Translations under genes and position numbers: made by a program
In this document: positions 58,901 through 64,000 of the stretch, piece by piece
How the letters are laid out: each line of letters starts with the position of its first letter
Position numbering within the stretch: the stretch's first letter is position 1
NCBI RefSeq assembly: GCF_043780375.1
Contig: NZ_JAYWCU010000173.1
Span: 548-64,547 of the forward strand
DNA: 64,000 bases
Direction: 5' to 3'
Origin: Emticicia sp.
Lineage (GTDB): Bacteria > Bacteroidota > Bacteroidia > Cytophagales > Spirosomataceae
Notes under the pieces: model-generated
What the model was told of the DNA's origin: nothing
Databases searched by the model: none
Seen by the model: only the letters and a program-made list of their open reading frames with translations

Positions 58901-59244
58901 ATAACACACCAAAAAATCGCTATAATATTAGCTTTGGAAAACGCTTGAATAGCGGTGATAAATTTGGATTTAATGTAAACCTAAGACACCAAGATGCCTA
59001 TTTGTGGGAAGCAAGTTTCAACCAACCAACTACATCAGGTATCGGTTTCTTTAGTAACACTACTGTGCCAAAAGTCACCACTTTCGATGCACAAGTAAGT
59101 TATAAGCTATCTGCTATGAAAACTATCATCAAAATTGGTGGTACAAACATTGGTGGCAAACCATACATTCAAGCATTTGGTAGTGCAGCAGTTGGCACAA
59201 TGTACTATGTAGCCCTCACTTTCGACCAATTATTGAATAAATAA
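55912..59244 (+). CDS. TonB-dependent receptor with a large Ala-rich loop insertion
   Basis: N-terminal extension (VSGTITD...EPLIGVSV), plug (VVSASR, GPNAINGLI), barrel strands, GYRIPT...PEKIESYEIGY. Start moved to the ATG at 55912. Confidence 0.92.
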   Translation: MYKLSVKKCLLGICCLLITQLSFAQTKVSGTITDASTKEPLIGVSVQVKGKVVGTITNTKGEFSFSVSSAPPFTLIISSVGYESQEMVVSGNNASINISLKEQAVLGQEVVVSASRVEESVLKSPAAIEKMDIRTIRETASPSFYDALANMKGIDMTTQGLLFKSINMRGFGSTGNPRTVQMIDGMDNQAPGLNFPVDNIVGMPELDVESVEVLPGAASALYGPNAINGLILMNSKSPFLYQGLSATLKTGVMSASNRTEPTTPMADFSMRYAKASKNNKFAFKINLAYITAKDWQATDYSNLNLGGIQNGTRGAGVKNDYDGMNVYGDEVQANMTTVANGLIAAKLLPSAALGLIPSANVSRTGFLEKDMVDYNTKSFKTNLAAHYRINDKVELVGQLNYGYGTTVYTGTGRYSLRNFNLTQAKVELRGDNFTLRAYTTQERSGQSYTAGLAAVAMLNSIKPHANWFGEYVGAFAAARGAGQAEDAAHLTARGVADKGMPTPGTSEYTTLLNKFRDAAIVDGGGGFLDKTNMYHAEGVYNFKNQIKFIDLLGGANVRQYQLASNGTLFADKKEGRTGNIPINEYGAFLQAAKSLFSDHLKLSASIRYDKSQNFEGFFTPRFSAVATFGQQNFRVSYQTGYRIPTTQNQYIDLKTPAGTLIGGQPEFDARYNLASGISLATLTDFSKNPTKYITADVIAKAQAYATAAVTAQATPAITAGVTAAITQQVTAGVTAAITQQVTAGVTAAITQQVTAGVTSVITQQVTAGVTAQVNAAVAAGQIAAAAAAAAIQAGVASTLPAALATNLAPGVAGALPAALATNLAPGVAATLPGALAANFQPAFNAELAKALAANVPAVTAQVAPAYGLAALPKYKATALVPEKIESYEIGYKGLIAKKLFVDSYFYTSKYTNFIGGTSIIVPIAAAGPGLPIESGAGGASTRLGYSRPSNTKEKITANGFAISANYSLSKGFNVGVNFAQNNLKGFTASPEQQFAGYNTPKNRYNISFGKRLNSGDKFGFNVNLRHQDAYLWEASFNQPTTSGIGFFSNTTVPKVTTFDAQVSYKLSAMKTIIKIGGTNIGGKPYIQAFGSAAVGTMYYVALTFDQLLNK
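58081..58224 (+). repeat. In-frame 36-bp tandem repeat, 4 copies (AITQQVTAGVTA)
   Basis: gcaattactcaacaagtaacagcaggggtaactgct at 58081, 58117, 58153 and a diverged copy at 58189. Confidence 0.95.
58258..58281 (+). repeat. (GCA)7-GCT poly-alanine microsatellite
   Basis: Encodes 8 consecutive alanines. Confidence 0.95.
58291..58434 (+). repeat. In-frame 48-bp tandem repeat, 3 copies (GVAxxLPxALAxNxxP)
   Basis: Units start at 58291, 58339 and 58387. Confidence 0.9.
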
Positions 59245-59296
59245 AAAGGAACAAACAATTTTATTAATTTTCATAATTTTCTTTGGTTTAAGTCAG

Positions 59297-59327
59297 AAAA
59301 GAGCTTCCATTTGGAGGCTCTTTTTTT
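59297..59327 (+). terminator. Terminator after the TBDR gene
   Basis: aaaagagcttcca-tt-tggaggctctttt followed by T residues. Confidence 0.8.
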
Positions 59328-59363
59328 GTTTGCCCAAATCTTAGAATATTTCTATAAAACACT

Positions 59364-59371
59364 TACCTTTG
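59364..59371 (+). promoter_or_regulatory. -7 promoter element of icd
   Basis: TACCTTTG. Confidence 0.5.
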
Positions 59372-59548
59372 TGATTATAAACAATTATTCGTGTCATTTG
59401 AAAAAATAATAAGAGGTTTTAAAAAGTCATTGGTAAGCCTTACTATTTGTTTTTTTATAGTCTTTTTTATTATTAGTCATTAAACCCCAAGACATCAATA
59501 TAAATATAAACTTAGTCTCTCCTTTGGGGGCGGGGAGCTTTTGGAAAA

Positions 59549-60781
59549 ATGGGAAAAATTAAAGTTGCAAATCCAGTAGTAGAATTAGATGGCGATGAAA
59601 TGACTCGCATCATTTGGCGTTTTATTAAAGAAAAATTAATTCTTCCTTACCTTGATGTGGACATAAAATATTATGACCTCGGCATTGAGTATCGTGATGA
59701 AACAAACGACCAAGTAACGATTGATTCTGCAAATGCTATCAAACAATACGGCGTAGGTATTAAGTGTGCGACTATTACACCTGACGAAGCTCGTGTGGTA
59801 GAGTTCAACTTAAAACAAATGTGGAAATCACCAAATGGTACTATCCGTAACATTTTGGATGGAACTGTTTTCCGTGAGCCAATCGTTTGTCAAAATGTTC
59901 CTCGTTTAGTTTCAAACTGGACTACCCCTATCATCGTTGGTCGTCATGCTTTTGGAGACCAATATAAAGCGACCGATTTCGTAGTAAAAGGGCCAGGAAA
60001 ACTAACAATGAAGTTTGAAGGTGCCGATGGTTCGGTACAAGATTTTGAAGTTTACAACTACAAAGGTGGTGGAGTTGCAATGGGAATGTATAATACCGAC
60101 GAGTCAATTCGTGGTTTTGCTCACTCATGTTTCAATGTTGCTTTAAATAAAAAATGGCCACTTTATCTTTCTACAAAAAATACTATTTTGAAGAAGTACG
60201 ATGGTCGTTTCAAAGATATTTTTGAGGAAATTTACCAAGCAGATTATAAATCTAAGTTTGAAGCAACAGGCATCGTTTACGAACACCGCTTGATTGATGA
60301 TATGGTAGCTTCTGCTTTAAAATGGAGCGGTTCATTTGTTTGGGCTTGTAAAAACTACGATGGAGACGTACAATCTGACTCAGTGGCACAAGGTTTTGGT
60401 TCATTAGGTTTGATGACTTCAGTATTGGTTACGCCAGATGGTGAAACGATGGAAGCTGAAGCCGCTCACGGAACTGTAACTCGCCACTACCGTGACCATC
60501 AAGCTGGAAAACCAACTTCAACAAACCCAATTGCTTCTATTTTTGCTTGGACTCGTGGTTTAGAGTTCCGTGGAAAATTAGATGGCAACCAAGAATTAAT
60601 TGATTTCTGCCAAGCTTTAGAACAAGTTTGTGTTGAAACTGTTGAATCGGGTAAAATGACCAAAGATTTGGCTGTTTGTATTCACGGAAACAAAGTAAGC
60701 CACGGCGATCATTATCTTTATACAGAAGAATTTTTAGATGCTATTGACCAAAACTTAAAGGTTAAATTAGCTTCAAAATAG
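59549..60781 (+). CDS. icd: NADP-dependent isocitrate dehydrogenase (eukaryote-like type)
   Basis: [67 protein letters not shown]. Confidence 0.98.
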   Translation: MGKIKVANPVVELDGDEMTRIIWRFIKEKLILPYLDVDIKYYDLGIEYRDETNDQVTIDSANAIKQYGVGIKCATITPDEARVVEFNLKQMWKSPNGTIRNILDGTVFREPIVCQNVPRLVSNWTTPIIVGRHAFGDQYKATDFVVKGPGKLTMKFEGADGSVQDFEVYNYKGGGVAMGMYNTDESIRGFAHSCFNVALNKKWPLYLSTKNTILKKYDGRFKDIFEEIYQADYKSKFEATGIVYEHRLIDDMVASALKWSGSFVWACKNYDGDVQSDSVAQGFGSLGLMTSVLVTPDGETMEAEAAHGTVTRHYRDHQAGKPTSTNPIASIFAWTRGLEFRGKLDGNQELIDFCQALEQVCVETVESGKMTKDLAVCIHGNKVSHGDHYLYTEEFLDAIDQNLKVKLASK

Positions 60782-60806
60782 TTAATAAACCCTCTATAAA
60801 AACCCT

Positions 60807-60838
60807 ACGCCTCGACTGTAACCGTTGAGGCGTTTTTT
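60807..60838 (+). terminator. Terminator after icd
   Basis: acgcctcgac / gttgaggcgt stem followed by a T run. Confidence 0.8.
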
Positions 60839-60849
60839 ATTGTATTTCT

Positions 60850-60865
60850 GTGGTACGAAGTTTGC
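60850..60865 (+). promoter_or_regulatory. Canonical sigma-54 site before the T9SS cargo gene
   Basis: GTGGTACGAAGTTTGC (GG-N10-GC), directly after the icd terminator. Confidence 0.6.
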
Positions 60866-60959
60866 TGTTTTTGATTACTATAACTTATTTTACACAAGTC
60901 GGAAGGGCTTAGCGTTACATATAGTGATAATAAAATTGTCGTTCATTCCTAATTACCCA

Positions 60960-62834
60960 ATGAAATCTATATTAATAATCATATTTACAACTTTCTCTTC
61001 ATTATTGTTTGCCCAAAACTTAGCCATTCACTGGCAAAATAGCTTAGGTGGAAAAAACGACGAATTTGCTTATGCCTCAACACCTACGTCCGATGGCGGC
61101 TATGTGATTGTAGGCTCTACCAACAATAATAAAGATGGAGATGTTCTCACCTCAAAAGCATTTAGCGGTGCTGGTGGAAGCGATATTTGGGTTGTAAAAT
61201 TGAATAATTGGGGTGAAATTGTTTGGTCAAAAACATTTGGCGGAACAAAAGATGATATCGCCACTGATGTTTTAGAAACAAAAGATAAAGCAATCTTAAT
61301 TGTAGCCACTACCAACTCAACCGATGGAGAAGCCGTAGGTAATGGCTCTCGTGGAGGACTAATTCTACTTAAACTAAAAACCGATGGCTCAATAGAATGG
61401 CGAAAAGTTTTTGCCAGTGGTTATAATGCAGGCGAAATCGCCTTTGCAACAGCCGACGCAAACTCAAAACCCACAATCAAACCAACTGCCGATGGTGGCT
61501 ATATGCTCGGAGCAACCATCACCCCAATCAATACCTCAGATTTTTGGTTGTCAAAACTCAACGCCGATGGCAATATTCAATGGACTAAAACCTATGGAAG
61601 TACCCAAGATGATTGGATGAATGAAGTAATTTTATGCTCAGATGGTGGCTTTTTAATGGTTGGTGGCACAGAAGCAACCAACTCAGAAGTTTCGGGAGCA
61701 GGAAAAGGTTTTATAGATTTTTATACTATAAAAACTAATGCAAGTGGCAGTGTTTTATGGCAAAAAGCATTGGGTGGCACCAACTTAGACATTGCTTTCT
61801 CGGCAATCGAAACTGCTGATAATGCCTACATTATTGTTGGAGAAACAAACTCAAGTAATGGCGATATGAGTAGTAATTTAGGTCAAAAAGATGGGTTTTT
61901 AGTGAAAATTGCAAGCAATGGACAAGTATTGTGGAAAACATTGACTGGCGGAACAGACATTGATGGACTTTATACTATCAAAAAAACAAGTGATGGAAAA
62001 CTATTTGCAATGGGCATTAGTAGCTCCGATATTGGCAAAGTAAGACCTAAAGGCCCAGTAGGTGATATGTGGTTGGTAAATATCGAAACATCGGGCTTAA
62101 TAAGTAGCCATACAATGTTTGGTGGAGCCGATTCTGACATTGCTCGTGGTGCTTTTCCAACAAGTGATGGGGGTTTTATCATTGCAGGGAATTCTGACTC
62201 TGTTGATGGTGATTTGACAGAAAATAAAGGAGGCACCGATTTTTGGGCAGTTAAGATTGGAAGTCCATTAGCTGTACAAATGAAAGATTTTTCGGCAAGT
62301 TTAACTTCCGAACAATATGTAAAACTCACTTGGGAATCTACTGCCGAAACTCGTTCTAAAAACTTTGTTGTTGAGCGAAGCATTGATGCCATAAAATTTA
62401 CTTCATTGGGTCAAGTGGCGGCTTCTGTTACTTCCACAACAAAAAAAGCCTATTCATTCACTGATCAAAAACCTATTTTTGGAGAGAATTATTACCGACT
62501 AAAATTTTATGACGATGCAGGAAAAGAGTTTACTTATAAAACCTTAACTGTAAGCATTTCGATTCTGGCTTCTGAACCTCAAATTGAGAAAAAAACTTTG
62601 ATAGTTTTTCCAAATCCTCTCGAAAACAATTATTTTTTTATCAAAACCACTCATGCTTTACCTAAAAGCATGCAACTCTTCAATTTAATCGGACTCCATA
62701 TTCCGATAGAAATTCAAACGGTAGGCAACAATCAAGCTCAGATTTTTTTGAAAAATACACTTGATGCTGGCATCTATTTTCTTCTCTTAGATTCGGGCGA
62801 AAGCAAAATTATTGAAAAAATTATAGTTCGATAA
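60960..62834 (+). CDS. T9SS type-A CTD cargo protein with propeller-like W.K..GG...D repeats and an Ig-like domain
   Basis: Repeated WxKxxGG...D and T.DGG motifs, PLAVQMKDF...LTWE...NFVVERS Ig domain, VFPNP CTD. Start moved to the ATG at 60960. Confidence 0.85.
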   Translation: MKSILIIIFTTFSSLLFAQNLAIHWQNSLGGKNDEFAYASTPTSDGGYVIVGSTNNNKDGDVLTSKAFSGAGGSDIWVVKLNNWGEIVWSKTFGGTKDDIATDVLETKDKAILIVATTNSTDGEAVGNGSRGGLILLKLKTDGSIEWRKVFASGYNAGEIAFATADANSKPTIKPTADGGYMLGATITPINTSDFWLSKLNADGNIQWTKTYGSTQDDWMNEVILCSDGGFLMVGGTEATNSEVSGAGKGFIDFYTIKTNASGSVLWQKALGGTNLDIAFSAIETADNAYIIVGETNSSNGDMSSNLGQKDGFLVKIASNGQVLWKTLTGGTDIDGLYTIKKTSDGKLFAMGISSSDIGKVRPKGPVGDMWLVNIETSGLISSHTMFGGADSDIARGAFPTSDGGFIIAGNSDSVDGDLTENKGGTDFWAVKIGSPLAVQMKDFSASLTSEQYVKLTWESTAETRSKNFVVERSIDAIKFTSLGQVAASVTSTTKKAYSFTDQKPIFGENYYRLKFYDDAGKEFTYKTLTVSISILASEPQIEKKTLIVFPNPLENNYFFIKTTHALPKSMQLFNLIGLHIPIEIQTVGNNQAQIFLKNTLDAGIYFLLLDSGESKIIEKIIVR

Positions 62835-62879
62835 AGCGATTTTTCCTTAATTTCGCTTTCTAATCGAAACGAAATTAAG

Positions 62880-63866
62880 ATGAAAAAAAATATCAAGTGG
62901 GGAATTATTGGTATTGGCAAAATTGCCGAAAAATTTGCTACTGATTTAGCTACCGTCGCAAATGCTGAATTATATGCCGTCGCTTCTACTTCGCTCGAAA
63001 GAGCCAAAGATTTTGCCGCACGATATAACGCTCCTTATTTTTATGATTCTTACGAAAGTATTTTTCAAACGCCCGATTTAGATGTCATTTATATTGCTAC
63101 GCCTCATACTTCGCACGCCGAAAATACAATTTTGTGTCTTAAAAACAAAATGCCTGTTTTATGCGAAAAACCTTTTGCCATGAATTTAAAACAAGTGCAG
63201 AAAATGGTAGAATCTGCTCATGAAAATGATGTTTTTTTGATGGAGGCTATGTGGACACGCTTTACGCCAGCCATTAACAAAACTTTAGATTTGATTGCCG
63301 AAGGACGTATTGGAAAAATAAAAACCGTTCAAGCAGATTTTGGATTTGTTGCCCCACAACTTCCAGAAAAAAGATTGTTTAACCTAAATCTTGGTGGTGG
63401 TGCTTTACTCGATATTGGTATTTATCCTGCCTATTTGAGTCTGCTTTTGTTGGGATATCCTTCTCATATTCAAGCAATTAGCAATTTTGGAAACACCGGA
63501 ATAGACGAAACAACAAGTTTTATTTTAGGCTATAAAAATAATGCTACGGCGATTTTGAGCTGTACTTTAAATGCCCGAACTCGCACTGAAGCATTGATTT
63601 ATGGTGAAAATGGCTACATTCATATCGAAGGGAGATTTATTGATGCAAGAAAAATAACGCTTTATGAAACCGATAGAAAACCTGTCATTTTTCGTTTTCC
63701 ACGCAAAACCATTGGGTACAATTTCGAGATTGAAGAAGTAAATAGATGTTTGCGGGAAGGCAAAAATGAAAGCGACAAAATGCCGCTTTCAATGAGTGTA
63801 AAATTAATAAGCTTATTGGACGAAATCCGTCAAAAAGCTGGAATTATTTATGAAGGAATTGACTGA
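62880..63866 (+). CDS. Gfo/Idh/MocA family oxidoreductase
   Basis: WGIIGIGKIA, YIATPHTSH, VLCEKP, MEAMWTRF, GGGALLDIGIYP. Confidence 0.93.
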   Translation: MKKNIKWGIIGIGKIAEKFATDLATVANAELYAVASTSLERAKDFAARYNAPYFYDSYESIFQTPDLDVIYIATPHTSHAENTILCLKNKMPVLCEKPFAMNLKQVQKMVESAHENDVFLMEAMWTRFTPAINKTLDLIAEGRIGKIKTVQADFGFVAPQLPEKRLFNLNLGGGALLDIGIYPAYLSLLLLGYPSHIQAISNFGNTGIDETTSFILGYKNNATAILSCTLNARTRTEALIYGENGYIHIEGRFIDARKITLYETDRKPVIFRFPRKTIGYNFEIEEVNRCLREGKNESDKMPLSMSVKLISLLDEIRQKAGIIYEGID

Positions 63867-63867
63867 A

Positions 63868-63945
63868 GATTTACGAATGACGATTTACGAGCGATTCGCC
63901 GCTATGATTACGAATAAAAAGATCTTTTTAATGATAATTAATAGA
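63868..63945. repeat. TTACGA-type composite element with GGCGAA module
   Basis: atttacgaatgacgatttacgagcgattcgccgctatgattacgaat is the reverse-complement homolog of 28342-28381, followed by a degenerate aatgataatta core. Confidence 0.65.
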
Positions 63946-64000
63946 CATTTTTAACATATTTTTTCTTTGATTAGTATAATTTTCTGACAATCCAGTCTAA

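Noticed and set aside
59516-59540. G-rich ctctcctttgggggcggggagc before icd as a G-quadruplex or regulatory hairpin
   Set aside because: Too few G-tracts and only a weak stem; possibly a decayed repeat remnant
1-64000. tRNA, rRNA, integron, prophage or IS elements
   Set aside because: No cloverleaf or T-loop consensus, rRNA-like tract, integrase, transposase or phage gene was recognised

Overview
AT-rich core-genome segment of a Bacteroidota bacterium, most likely Cytophagales/Spirosomataceae (Emticicia-like). This assignment is inferred from T9SS porU/porV, TAnnTTTG housekeeping promoters, A-rich start contexts without Shine-Dalgarno motifs, and the yceD-rpmF-plsX-fabH-efp-accB-accC cluster. 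About 49 intact CDSs cover rpoN, murB, lipid synthesis, T9SS, molybdenum-related genes, proteostasis (htrA, hsp20, FrnE-like), prmA, manC and icd, plus one nonsense-inactivated pseudogene. I see no rRNA, tRNA, CRISPR array, transposase or integrase. The main unexplained signals are: (1) a TonB-dependent receptor with a 145-residue uncharged Ala/Thr/Val-rich loop insert built from 36-bp and 48-bp tandem repeats with strict 4-residue periodicity, divergent from a DUF3089-like hydrolase across a palindromic operator; (2) five sigma-54-type -24/-12 sites, three lacking the canonical -12 C, including one before rpoN and one before hsp20 with three upstream TGAC-N5-GTC(A) boxes; (3) a candidate ~147-nt structured sRNA or attenuator upstream of rpoN; (4) a 1587-aa secreted beta-rich protein carrying 14 Bacteroidota O-glycosylation sequons, directly upstream of a TMTC-like GT-C glycosyltransferase; (5) two Mo-linked modules, each with a TSUP permease; (6) several dispersed intergenic repeat families. 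All family calls come from recognising motifs by eye; no database search was run.
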